Of a DNA stretch of 64,000 nt, positions 40,941 through 54,424 are shown piece after piece (positions within the stretch are counted from its first letter, which is position 1; the number at the start of each line of letters is the position of its first letter). The notes beneath the pieces are model-generated. The model saw nothing but the letters and a program-made list of their open reading frames with translations, ran no database searches and was not told the origin of the DNA. The stretch is from the NCBI GenBank assembly GCA_951406725.2, contig OX597815.1, positions 193,254,001 through 193,318,000 on the forward strand. The letters are read 5' to 3'. The DNA comes from Octopus vulgaris (Eukaryota). Made by a program: the position numbers and the translations under genes.

Positions 40941-42150
40941 CTTTTTTTTTTCTTCTTTCAAATTTTCTTCCATTTCTTGCCGAGTGTCTTCCCGACTCCT
41001 AGGGCAAAGAAACTTATAGTGTATATTGGTAGGCCATTAAACCAAACTCAGTAGTTCGTTAAGTTAAGACAATCTTTTGCACTTCTTGCAGGGATAGTAA
41101 GCCAGGGATCATTCTCATATAATTTTCGGTTCCCTTCTTGATCATTCCTAGTGCTCCTACGATCACTGGTATTGTAACCGCCTTGAGATGCCACATTTTC
41201 TCAATTTCAATGAGTAGGTCTTTATATTTTCTGAGCTTGTCAAACTCTTTCGCTGAGATATTATGATCACAGGGGATGCTCATGTCGATCAATAAGCAAA
41301 CTTTATTGTTTTGGTCTTTCACAACAATATCTGGTTTATTGGCCTTGATGGTTCGGTCTGTATGTACTGGAAAGTCCCACAGAATGGTTACATTTTCTCC
41401 TTCAGTTACAGCCTCAGGGTGGTGATTATACCACTTGTCGGCAGTTTTGATATTGTAATGCCGACTTATTAGCCAGTGGAGATATTGGCCAACTCTGTCA
41501 TGTCTTAATTTATACTCCACTGGTGCTAAGACTTTACGTCCAGAGATTAGGTGGTCCACTGTTTCAATCATGCCGTTGCAGAATCGGCATTTTGGGTCTG
41601 CTCCATTTTTCATCACATTGGCCTGGTAGTTCCGGGTTGATAGGCTTTGGTCTTGAGCAGCCAGGATGAAACCTTCGCTCTCTGCTTTTAGCCCTGAGCT
41701 CCGCAGCCACTGATGGGTTTGCTTCTGGTCAACATCAGCTTGTTTGCTGCGGGTCACATATTTGCCGTGCAGAGGTTTCTCCTCCTACCTATCAGCCAAT
41801 TGCTCGTGCGCTTTTTTCATTGCCATCATTTTCACCTTCTTTGCAACAATAGTTGCCGTACTTCCCTCGGATTGTTCAGTTTGGGTATCCTGCACGAGAT
41901 CAATAGCAAATTTTTTGCTTTCCTTGATGATAGAATGAAGCTTCTTTCGTCTCTCATGATTTTCCACGAGCTTTAGCATCCAGTCATTCGATATTTCGAG
42001 ATATTTGGCCAGTCCAATTGTGGTTGTTTTGTAAGCTAGTTCAAATTGGATCAGGCCTCGACCTCCTTGGGCTCTGGGAAGGTAAAGGCGATCTACGTCT
42101 GCCTTTGGGTGGTGCATCCTATTACAACTCAGCAGCTTGCGTATTTTTCT
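40941..42150 (-). mobile_element. R4/Dong family A, second shorter copy
   Basis: Near-identical to 34157-35455 with a ~100-bp deletion across the stop codon; (TTA)n flanks. Confidence 0.9.
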
Positions 42151-42169
42151 ATTATTATTATTATTATTA

Positions 42170-42251
<82 letters not shown>

Positions 42252-42261
42252 CATCACCATC

Positions 42262-42663
42262 ATCAGTGATACAATTGTTTTTATTTCTTACTATTTGTCA
42301 TTGTTATATTAACAGACTCAGAGGTTACACAGATGAAGAGGGTAATGGTAGTAGTAGTAGTTGGGCCTCAGATTCCTTTACTATCAGCATAGTCGTGGTT
42401 GGAGTATTAACAGCTGCAGCATATCCTTATTTTTATCATTATCCCCATCACCACCACTACTATTATTTTGACCATTATTACTATTTCCATTTATTATTAA
42501 GAGATTTTATTAAATGTTCTTTATTTTCAACTTTTGTCCTGTACTTGCGATAATTATAGACATATGGTTATTGGAGGAAGCAGCTTGGTGAATAGGTCAA
42601 ACTCTACAGGTCTATAAATGGATTCGGCAGATAGTGAGGAAGTCAGCCACATTATTATCATCA

Positions 42664-42712
<49 letters not shown>

Positions 42713-42718
42713 CATCAC

Positions 42719-42773
<55 letters not shown>

Positions 42774-42850
42774 TAAGAGTTTTATTTTTATATCATGCTT
42801 TCACTTCACTACCGAGTGCAGCTCTGTGTGCCTTGGGTATGTACTGTGTT
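42262..42850. repeat. Second copy of module U plus LINE 3' tip within (TTA)n
   Basis: 42262-42652 matches 37381-37772; 42778-42848 matches 38437-38506. Confidence 0.88.
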
Positions 42851-42891
42851 TTGTTGTTATCATTATTATTATTATTACTATTACTATTATT

Positions 42892-42935
<44 letters not shown>

Positions 42936-42939
42936 TATC

Positions 42940-43001
<62 letters not shown>

Positions 43002-43005
43002 TTGT

Positions 43006-43215
43006 AAGGCGGTGTGCTGGTAGCATCATTAGCATGCCAGGCAAAATGTCTAGCGGTGTTTAATGCCTCTTTACGTTCTGAATTAAAATTCTGCTGCAGT
43101 TGACTTAGCATTTCATCCTTTCAAGGTCGATAAAATGAGTACCAGCTTAGCACTGGAGTCGATATAATCGACTATCCCAGTCCCCCCGGATTTCAAGCAT
43201 TTCGCCTGTGGAAAA
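43006..43215 (+). mobile_element. Old S1-related SINE
   Basis: aaggcggtgtgctggtagc...tttcatcctttcaaggtcgataaaatgagtaccag. Confidence 0.7.
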
Positions 43216-43374
43216 AAAAAATTATTTTAATTATCATTGCGTCATCATCATTATTATGATCTTCTCTATCTTCCTCTGTTGCTAATTCATTATCATCGTT
43301 ATCATCATTATCATGAATGTGGTCATCATCATCCTAGATCATAATGAAATGTTTCTGATTTCTTCTCTTGTCAG

Positions 43375-43482
43375 ATGGTAAACAGTCACGGAGAGATTGG
43401 TAGTAGTATGCTGCCAGCAGTTGCTGCCACTTTTTTCTGCTTTCCTCCAACAGGCATTGCTGCTTTTGTATATTCATGGAAA
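43375..43482 (+). CDS. Dispanin paralog 2, exon 3: CD225 core intramembrane segment
   Basis: tttcttctcttgtcag acceptor, GTAAGT donor, 108 nt phase 0-0; [36 protein letters not shown] resembles the PRRT1-type C-F-x-P-T-G-I-x-A motif. Confidence 0.88.
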
Positions 43483-43616
43483 GTAAGTAAAATATAAACA
43501 ATTCTTCAGACAAATTCGATTCATATACATAGTTTCTATCCAGTCGTGGCTGTGTGGTAAGAAGTTTGCTTCTCAGCAACATGGCCCCGATTTCAGTTTT
43601 ACTGCATATTTCGCAA

Positions 43617-43697
<81 letters not shown>

Positions 43698-43737
43698 TGT
43701 ATGTATATATATGTATATATATATATACATATATATG

Positions 43738-43787
<50 letters not shown>

Positions 43788-43871
43788 TGTATGTATGTAT
43801 GTATATATATGTATATATATATATACATATATATATGTATATATATATATACATATATATATATACATATA

Positions 43872-43960
<89 letters not shown>

Positions 43961-43969
43961 GTATATACA

Positions 43970-44318
43970 CTCTTTTACTTGTTTCATTCATATGACTGTG
44001 ACCGCGCTGCAGCACCGTCTTTAGACGAGCAAATCGACCCCAGGACTTATTTTTTGCAAGCCTAGTACTTATTCTATCGGTCACTTTTGCTGAACCGCTA
44101 CGTTACGGGGACGTAAACACGTCAGCATCGGTTGTCAAGCGATGTGGGGTGGGGGCAAACACACACACATACATATATATATATAAACATATATACGACA
44201 GGATTCTTTCAGTTTCTATCTACCAAATCCACTCACAAGGCTTTGGTAGGCCCGAGGCTATAGTAGAAGACACTTGCCCAAGTTGCCGCGCAGTGGGTCT
44301 GAACCCGGAACCGTGTGA
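43970..44318 (-). mobile_element. S2 SINE lacking its extreme 5' end, next to a long (TA)/(TATG) array (43620-43965)
   Basis: Matches 9520-9890. Confidence 0.85.
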
Positions 44319-44335
44319 TTTTAAAATAGTAATTT

Positions 44336-46080
44336 TCTAAATTTTCTTTATTTAAATCTTCTACAGAAATTGTTTCTTTGCAGTGATAGATGAGGAAAAC
44401 TGGTTTCAAATTCCCTGCACATCTCTCTATGTGTTCACTCAAAGGTATTTGTCTATACCTTGGGAAAGAGATCTGTTGCTTATACACTGTGGTTCTCCGT
44501 CCAAGTGACATACTTGTCTCTCCTGTATAGCTGTGTCCATAACCTGAACAAGTTATAACAGATTATGTTCACAGATGCACAAGTGGAATTTGTGCTAGAC
44601 TTTTTTCGTAACTAAGGAAAAAAATTAACATTGTTTTCCCACCGTTGAAGTCAAGATCCGTTATAGCTGGCCCAGCCTGTAAAATCCACCGCCTAAGCAA
44701 CTCCCTCAACATCCTATTGAAACCCTTGTTGAAATATATCGAAAGCCTCATTAGAGACGATCGAAATATACTGAACCACCTACCAAAAACAACTAATGAA
44801 GAGAAGTTAACGGTTTCCTTGGATGTTATTAATCTTTACACCAATATATCACATGACTATGGGATACAAGCAATAAAATTGTGGCTGGAAAAGTATCCCG
44901 AAGAACTTCCAGAATGCATTTTCTATTTGATGACACCTACAACCGACAAAAATGTGATGTTGTAATGAGAATGAAAGCAGCCACTGTTCTTGCGAACTTA
45001 ATAATGTGATACTTTGAATTCACTGTATATGAAGTGTCATTGCAAAAATATTAATACCAGTTCAACCAGAATATAAGAGAGAACTGGAAAAGATATTTGG
45101 ATCACAGCTTTATCATTTGCAATGAGACCATTGATAAACTTTTGAATTTTAAATGAATACTAAATAGTATAAAACCAAACATTCAGTTTACAACGGGATA
45201 CAGCAAAAAACAACTTCCTTTCTTAGATATTCTGATAAAAAAAAGTCAACAGCCAAATTGTATGTGACATTTATCATAAACCAGCGTACTCAAAGTAATA
45301 TCTTCTGTTTAGCTCGTACCACCCGAAACACATCAAACGAAATATTCCCTATAATTTAGCGAAAAGGATTTGCACAATAGTATTTAAAAGAAATACTCGG
45401 GACCTTCGTCTTCAAGACCTTAGAACAAAACTAAATCAGAGACACTATCCACCATCATTTATTGATGATGGAATTAAACATGCCAAGAAAATAGGCATTC
45501 AAACACTAAGGGAAACAAAACGAAACACCCCACCCCATCTCAAAATACTTCTGCATATGTCGACTCACAAACTAGAAACAATGAGGCGTATAACACTATT
45601 GTACAAAATCTGCCAATGCTCATTAGAGATAAATTCATTAAATGTAAAACGTAACCCAAATCGCTGAAAAGACTACTGACAAATGAAAAGCAATATACAA
45701 CCAAGGAACCAATGTTTAAAAATTATGGGTGTCCAAATTGTTGAACATATCCCAACCTACCGGAAGTTTTGGAATTCCAATTCAAACAAGGAGAGAGGTT
45801 CACACAGTTAAGACCAACTTCGCTTGGCATCCGAGAACTTAATTTATGTTATAACTTGTTCAGGTTGTGGACACAACTACAAGCATGTCACTTAGACGGA
45901 GAACCACACTGCATAAAGAAGAGATCTGTTTCCCAAGGTATAAACAGATACGTTTGAGTGATCACATAGAGAGATGTGCAGGGAATGTCCAACTAACATT
46001 CACAGTTTTCTCCATCTACCAGTTCAAAGAAACAATTTCTGTACAACATTTAAATAAAGAAAATTTATCGAAAATGCAGA
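44336..46080 (+). mobile_element. Decayed Penelope-like element (RT + GIY-YIG) with inverted 5' segment
   Basis: SLDVINLYTNISHDYG RT motif, WKRYLD, LPFLDI, HPKHIKRNIPYNLAKRI; 44336-44570 is a diverged inverted copy of 45835-46070. Confidence 0.82.
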
Positions 46081-46199
46081 CCACGCCTAAATATAAGCGC
46101 ATAATCAACTTTGGTCTTAGTATGTATTTTAATTCAAGATCACATATCCTTCACTGTACATATTTCCACTCACTACTTTAGGTCATGAGTTTTTGTGTT

Positions 46200-49115
46200 T
46201 ATATCCCAATCCAAAAATGAGCAGTTATTTCCCCTGTCCCGAACAATAACTATCATCATTACCTCCCTTGAAATTTTTCTACACAGAAAATGTGAAAAGT
46301 TTAAACTAGACGAGTTAATGCAGAAAAAGATGCAGAAGTAAAAACAAAAATTCTTGCTATGCTGGAACAAAACCAAGCTGTAACCTTTAAAAAAGTGTCA
46401 GAAATGTGTGAAAGAATAGTAGATCTGAGATACAACACAGAAAATTTAATATAAAGATTGCTCCCAAGTGAAGCAAGTGCGAAACAGGCAGAATAGAAAT
46501 CAAGTGTGTACTAAAATACAGTAAAAACAGGACAAAAATCAGGAAATAAATCCATGTTTTGCATGTGGAGTTATGCACCTGACAAAAAATTGCCCATTTT
46601 AGAAAGTGGAATGTTTCCGTTGTGGAAAAATAAGACACGTAAAGGCGTACTGTAAAACCAAGATAACAAAATTTTGGAAGGGCGAAAAAAAGAGTAAATG
46701 TCTAAAGAAAATGGTAATGTGACAAACAGGAAATTCGTAAATGTGAAAATTGAAAATATAAGGGTAAAAATACAGTGAAGTGATATTACCGTTGTGAATG
46801 AAGAAATTTAGAAGTATAAGCGAAAGTTAAAGTAAATTTAGATGTATAGTTAAAGTAAATTTAGAAGTATAAGCGAAAGTTAAAGTAAATCTACAAAAGT
46901 AGCACACGATGTTAGGAGTAGTGGATTTTATTTTGTAGGTGAATTTGTGTGTAATGTGATATTTTGTGACCAAATGAAAACGGCAAAATATACGTGTTAA
47001 AAAATTTAATAAATTTGTTCGGCACAGGGTGGATGAAATTGTTCAAATTGTGGAATACGCTTATAAGTGTTTTGTGTGGGAATATAATCAGTTTTGTCGA
47101 AGGTTCGAATGCGGCCGAGGGATTGAAACGAAAAATAAAACATTTATTCCTAGTGGGCTGCTGCACGTAAACAAAGGAAGAAAGATTGTAGTAAAACAAA
47201 CTGCAATACCTGTATTTAAGCTAAAAACGTAGTGTGCCGTTTGTGGCACTAGAAAAGGTAAATAAAGAACTTGAAACACTTGAAAACCTAGGAATAATCG
47301 AGAAGACGGACCACTCAGATTAGACAGCACTTACGGTTTACGTAAAACAGGAAAATAGTAAGTTACGAGTTTGTGCTAATTTTTCAACGGGTTTCAACGA
47401 TTGCTTAAGCTCGCATAACTATCCTTTGCCGAGTCCTGAGGAAGTGTTCGCAAAGTAGAATGGAGGGAAATTCTTCTCAAAATTAGACCTCTCAGAGGCG
47501 TGCTTACAAATCCAAATAGAAGAATGCTCACACTTAATAGCCATGAATACACACAGTGACTTATTTAAATATAAGCACTTTCTCTTCGATGTAAAAGTGG
47601 TTCCTTCCATGATTTAACAAGTAATGGATACAATACTGTTATTTTGCTATCGTCTATTTAGACGATATCCTAATGAAAAGCGAACCACATGGACATGTAG
47701 AATACGTAAAGAGGGTATTCGAAAAGAATACGGCTTTAAGCTAGGTGAAGAAAAATGCGAGCTCTTTCTGAAAAAAAAATACTAGATAAAAACGGACGGA
47801 AACTAGATCTTCCAAAGCAACTGCGATAAAAAAAATATGCCCACACCGAATAATGTGACTATGCTAGAAGCATTTTGGGGACTGGTAAATTACTACCAAA
47901 TTTATACTCTCAACATACACAAGATCCCCAGCTAAATAATTTGTTAAGGAAAAATGCAAAAATGGCGCTAGACTGATAAGTGCCAGAAGCCATTTGACGA
48001 ATTAAAAAACATTTTAACATCGAACTTATCGTTTATGCATTTTGATCCGTAGTTGAATATTATATTGGCTACAGGTGCGAGTGATTACAGAGTAGGAACA
48101 GTGCTTCTGCACAAATATGGCGATGGAAGTAAAAAGGCTATCCCATGCGTTATTACCAGCAGAAGGAAAATACAGCCAAATAGAAAAATAAGTGTTACAA
48201 ATCATATTCGATGTAAAAAAAATCCATAGATTTATTCATGGAAGAAGTTTCTGTCTACAAACGGATCATCACCCACTACTGTCAATATACGGTTCTAAAA
48301 CAGGAATACCAACACACACAGCTAATAGACTACAGCGATGGGACACTACATTATTGAATTATGGTTACAAAATGGTATATTCACCCTTCAAAGAAACTAG
48401 GGTATGCGGATGGTTTGTCCAGACGGATACCGAAACACTGCGAGCCATTCGAAGATACGGTAATCGCAGCATTATGATCATAAGGAGAGATAATAAAAAA
48501 TGTAATGTGGAATGTGGTACCCGAATTACTGTTGAGCCTAGAAGACATAAAACGAAATGCGAAAAAGGACAACTTCATAACAGAAATAAAAGAATACTGA
48601 GGAGATGGAAAAGTAAATAGGAACAGGATTGGCACGAAACGAAATCAAGTCGTAAACCTATACTCAATTTGTGATAGTTTACTGATGTATTCAAAGTGAG
48701 TAGTAATACCTGAGACACTCCAAAAGAATTTGTTAAGGGAATTTTATATTGGAGGTCCTGATATTTCGAGGATGAAAGCTTTAATGCGTAGCTACGTGTA
48801 CTGGCAAAAAATGGATGGAGAAATTGAATATTTAATGAACGTCTGCAGAGCATTGCTCTAGTAGCAAAATTAGCAACGATAAAATGTGAACCTTGGCCAA
48901 AAGAAGACGTTCCGTGGTCGAGACTACAAATCGATTTCGCTGGTTCCTTAAATGTTTCATACTACTTAGTGGTAGAAGATAGTTTCCCTAAATGGTCAAA
49001 AATTTGTAAGTGTAAAAAGCCAACCTCCTCAAATACGACAACTTTTCTACATGAGCTGTTTGCGAGATTTGGTTCCCCAGACACTATAACGTCTGATAAT
49101 GAAACATAATTTGTG
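46200..49115 (+). mobile_element. Heavily decayed Ty3/Gypsy gag-pol; no LTRs found
   Basis: Zn knuckle ECFRCGK*.H, YPLPSPEEVFAK*NGGKFFSKLDLSEACLQI, YLDDIL, TDHHPLLSIYGSK.GIPTHTANRLQRW, PWSRLQIDFAG, PDTITSDN. Confidence 0.88.
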
Positions 49116-50139
49116 TCTTTTTCCTTCTTGGGGGAATTTTGCTATACTCCAAAATTCGTCTCTGAATTTGGCTAGTTTCTGATTAGGTGGTGGAAAAGCG
49201 TAAGATTTAAATAAATGTAGTATGTCATTGTTTGTGGTGTTTCTTCTCTTTTACCCGGTCAAAATGGTATGCGCACCACCTCATACAGCGGATAAAAGAA
49301 TTGGTTTTCTCAATGAGATCTTTTAATATTCTTAATATTTGTTTTGGGTGGCAACGGGATATCCTTCAGGGATGTATTGACGGTAAGTTTTTCCATATTA
49401 TGGTAGACCGCTTGAGTAGCTCGTTGTAGGGTGAGCATTAATACGATAAGTGCATAGGGATAAATTAACCAGGTGGGTAACCTAAGAGCTCTCAGGTTGC
49501 CGCCCTGGATCTTTAAGTGCCTGTGGTGGTTTAAAGTGCTGGTTTACATTTCTTTATCTTCACGTTTGATGTAACCAGGTCAACTGACTTACAGCCTCCT
49601 ATATCATACCCCAAAAGACCGTTGTTCAGCTGCCTCTGTCTCTGTTGTGTCTACAGGTTTTTTTTACTGTGGAGCAGTGCGAGCAAAGATCGAATATTTC
49701 CAAAGTGGAGACAGTATGTGTTGTGACATGGTCTTGTGCCCTTGATAATCCTGATGGAAGTGTTTGTCCCCTCAGAAGAATTAGGTAATGGCATACAGCC
49801 AAGTCCTGCTATTATTATAAGACATACACATGGTGCATCAACACATTTTAGCAATAAAATGTAGGTATTTCTGAGTTAAGCTCAGCATCAGTTCATATCC
49901 ACAAGAACTGATTTATGACGCTCCAGTCATTTTGTCAGGCTCTATAAGGATTACAATATCATTCTTTAAAGAGAGAATTTCTGATTTGAAGAATTTGGCT
50001 GCTGTTGTTATCAGGATTAGTTGAGTTGTCTCCTAGTGGTTGTGTCATAGACTGATTGTGGCTCCGTCATGGAATTGAAAAGCATTTAATCGATGAAGAT
50101 TGTAGAGGAGAAGCAAAACAAAAGGCCTAAACAAGATCA

Positions 50140-50491
50140 TCTATTTATCTTGGTCGTCCCTTATGAAGGCCCTAAGGGTTTCGGTTGCGCATACTATAAG
50201 AGTGACAGGGCGTTGCTCCATATGGTTCCACAGTCTCCATTTACCTAAGAATATTAGGGTCTCATCCATTGTATTGTATTCAAGATCCTCTGCATGACAT
50301 CCTGTTAGTTCAAAGCCATCAATCTGATCTGTTAGGTCCTGCAGATAACTAGATACTGTCTGGCCTGGTAAAACCTGCCTGAAGATTTCTCTCCCTCCAG
50401 CATGGCTCTCCGGGTCAATGGAGCACACAAGTACTTCATCGAGACAAGGTACCTGTTGAATTGGCCATTGACTACTCTGTATTTCTTCTGC
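50140..50491 (-). mobile_element. Copy-specific insertion, probably an RTE-type LINE 3' fragment
   Basis: 8-bp TSD caagatca (50132-39 and 50492-99); absent at the paralogous site ~3075-3082. Confidence 0.65.
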
Positions 50492-50888
50492 CAAGATCAA
50501 ACGAACTGCACGATTGTAATAATTGTGATAATGGTCCTTATATAAAGGGTCACCTGTAATGCTTGTTTGTTCAATTATGTCTAACAATAACCGTTTCCAG
50601 TATTTCAACCACAACAGTCTTTTTCTACTCATCTCTTATATCTTTGCCAACTTACCATGTCATTATAAATAAGGTTTCTATTCATCCAGTGTAAATATAA
50701 TAGCTCGAACACGAAAGCAGCAACGGGTTTTGGTAAAATATCTACTTTTATAAGCGCAATGGTTATGAAAGTGATAAATAACATTAGTTCACCACCACCA
50801 CGCCAACTCACACTTCAAAAGTATTAGTATTATTAGTAGTCACGCCAGCATCCCACCATCCACCCTTTGATTAAGAACAAACTATATT

Positions 50889-51121
50889 TATTTCTTTATT
50901 ACCCACAGGGGGCTAAACATAGAAGGGACAAACAAGGACAGACGAACGGATTAAGTCGATTACATCGACCCCAGTGCGTAACTGGTACTTAATTTATCGA
51001 CCCCGAAAGGATGAAAGGAAAAGTCGACCTCGGCGGAATTTGAACTCAGAACGTAACGGCAGACGAAATACGGCTACGCACTTCGCCCGGCGTGCTAACG
51101 TTTCTACCAGCTCACCGCCTT
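50889..51121 (-). mobile_element. S1 SINE
   Basis: TSD aagaacaaactatatt; empty site at ~3978-3993. Confidence 0.9.
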
Positions 51122-51227
51122 TATAAAGAACAAACTATATTGTTAATCCATATAATTCGATATATTTGCTGTTGTTAAGTCTTGAGCTGGCAGAATCGAT
51201 AGAACTCCAAGCAAAATGCTTAGCGGT

Positions 51228-51410
51228 AATTCGTCTGCCGCTACGTTCTGAGTTCAAATTCCGCCGATCGACTTTGCTTTTCATTCTTTCGGGGTCGATT
51301 AAATAAGTACCAGTTACACACTGGGGTCGATATAATCGACTTAATCCGTTTGTCTGTCCTTGTTTGTCCTCTCCGTGTTTAGCCCCTTGTGAGTAGTAAA
51401 GAAATAGGTA
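51228..51410 (+). mobile_element. Truncated S1 SINE nested in the older SINE
   Basis: ttcgtctgccgctacgttctgagttcaaattccg...gtagtaaagaaatagg; flanked by ggta(a/t)ttcgt. Confidence 0.8.
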
Positions 51411-51590
51411 TTTCGTTGGTCCTTACGTTATAAGTTCAAAATCGGCCGAGGTCAACTCTACCCTTCATCTTTTTGGGGTCGATAAGTACTAGTTGTTGGT
51501 TTTGTGCTAACATTTGAAACCAATGTATTTGTTGTTGAGTTCTATTAACATATTTTAAATTTTAAAAAAATATTTCATTTTATTTTCTAG

Positions 51591-51725
51591 GCACAAGACA
51601 TGGCCCGAGCTGGTTCTTTAGTATGCGCGCAGCAAGCACACGTGACTTCAGTAAAATTATCCACAGCATCACTGTTTATAGGTATTCTCTGTCATACTGC
51701 ATTCTTAATACAACAGATTTACTGA
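51591..51725 (+). CDS. Dispanin paralog 2, exon 4: cytoplasmic loop + C-terminal TM helix, stop TGA
   Basis: ttattttctag acceptor; AQDMARAGSLVCAQQAHVTSVKLSTASLFIGILCHTAFLIQQIY*; shares tctaggca..atggcccga with paralog 1. Confidence 0.82.
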   Translation, partial: AQDMARAGSLVCAQQAHVTSVKLSTASLFIGILCHTAFLIQQIY

Positions 51726-51842
51726 ACCTCTACAGAATGTTAAATTTTATATTAATCGAACGGGTTTTCTTTTTAATTATTCATGTTTACTTCAAATCAT
51801 ATAAAATTCTCTTAGCAAGCTTATGTTGAGAACTCGAACCGT

Positions 51843-52052
51843 CTTTTACTCTTTTTACCTGTTTCAGTCATTTTGCTGTGGCCATGCTGGAGCACCACCT
51901 TTTAGTCGAGCAAATCGACCCCAGGACTCATTCTTTGTAAGCCTAGTACTTATTCTATCGGTCTCTTTCGCCGAAATGCTAAGTTACGGGGGCGTAAACA
52001 CACCAGCATCGGTTGTCAAGCGATGATGGGGGACAAACACAGACACACAAAC

Positions 52053-52099
<47 letters not shown>

Positions 52100-52265
52100 T
52101 ACGACGGGCTTCTTTCAGTTTCCGTCTACCAAATCTACACTCAAGGTTTTGGTCGGCCCGAGGCTATAGTAGAAGACACTTGCCCGAGGTGCCACGCAGT
52201 GGGATTGAACCCGGAACCATGTAGTTGGTAAGCAAGCTATTTACCACACAGCCACTCCTACGCCT
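51843..52265 (-). mobile_element. Full-length S2 SINE in the predicted 3' UTR
   Basis: Matches 9490-9931. Confidence 0.9.
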
Positions 52266-52406
52266 ATATGTTCCATGATAAATTATATAATTTCAACTAT
52301 TAAAAATTGATACAAACTGAACGATGAACTCTACAGCTCCAAGGTAATAGCAAGAACCAATAAAGGAGTAAAACTACGAAAGTATAAAGATATTCCTGAA
52401 CAATTT

Positions 52407-52569
52407 GGCACAGGAGTGGCTGTGTGGTAAGTAGCTTGTTTACCAACCACATAGTTCCGGGTTCAGTCCCACTGCGTGGCACCTTGGGCAAGTGTCTTCT
52501 ACTATAGCCTCGGGCCGACCAAAGGCTTGTGAGTGGATTTGGTAGACGGAAAATGAAAGAAGCCCGTCG

Positions 52570-52616
<47 letters not shown>

Positions 52617-52834
52617 TGTGTGTGTCTGTGTGTCTGTGTTTGTCCCCCTAGCATTGCTTGACAACCGATGCTGGTGTGTTTATGTCCCCGTTACTTAGCG
52701 GTTCGCCAAAAGAGACCGATAAAATAAGTACTGGGCTTACAAAAGAATAAGTCTCGGGGTCGAGTTGCTCGATTAAAGGCGGTGCTCCAGCATGACCGCA
52801 GTCAAATGACTGAAACAAGTAAAAGAGTAAAAAA
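52407..52834 (+). mobile_element. Full-length S2 SINE, inverted relative to 51843-52265
   Basis: ggcacaggagtggctgtgtggtaag head to gagtaaaa tail. Confidence 0.9.
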
Positions 52835-52949
52835 GATAGCATTCCTTCCGTTCCATTTAAGCATTAGGGAATGTTGTCGCCTTTCTTCTTAATTTAATAC
52901 TCTTTATCATTATCTCAAGAACTATCAAAGTTTATAATCATTTTACAAA

Positions 52950-52955
52950 AATAAA
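52950..52955 (+). terminator. Candidate distal polyadenylation signal of paralog 2 (proximal AATAAA at 52359-52364)
   Basis: AATAAA just upstream of the block homologous to the paralog-1 polyA region. Confidence 0.4.
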
Positions 52956-53154
52956 TGTTAAACAAAAATATTTGTTTGAACAAAATTTTAAAACTCTTTC
53001 CTAGTTTTTCAAACTGTTGCCTTCAAGTAAGTCATGTTTGAGCGTTAAATATTCAGCTGAGTCAGTTTATCATAAATTAGACACTAGATGCACACAAATA
53101 GACAGTTACACATTGACAGATGTTGGATAAGTGTCAACACAGCGTTTTAGATAA

Positions 53155-53405
53155 CTTTCTTTTTAGTAACACAGGGCCGAACACTGAGGGGAAAAAAACA
53201 CAATGTAGAGCTTTTCTTTTCGAAAGATAAAAAAGAAAATAGAAAAAAAAGGAGGTAAAAATTCCGATCAAAAAGGATCGTGTAAAAAAAAAGAGAAGAA
53301 AACCATCAAAAGGGATCTTGTATCACAGAAAAGAGCAAAAAATTTAAAAAACAGATTAGGTTTATCTGTGGAAAGAAAAGCCGACAAAAAGACTACGTAA
53401 CCTCA
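53155..53405 (-). mobile_element. Degenerate Tx1-type LINE 3' UTR fragment
   Basis: gtagagcttttctttt, gggatc motifs and gtggaaagaaaagcc shared with 55937-56245. Confidence 0.65.
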
Positions 53406-53441
53406 AGCAGGGAGGGAATAAAACACATGAGAGCAAAGTGC

Positions 53442-54420
<979 letters not shown>

Positions 54421-54424
<4 letters not shown>

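Larger units (their letters stand above)
49490..53150 (+). repeat. Segmental duplication, copy 2, lengthened by copy-specific insertions
   Basis: See copy 1; extra RTE fragment and four SINEs. Confidence 0.85.

Noticed and set aside
50141-50632. 163-aa ORF as a host gene
   Set aside because: Chimeric read-through across a TSD-bounded insertion and a Penelope remnant.
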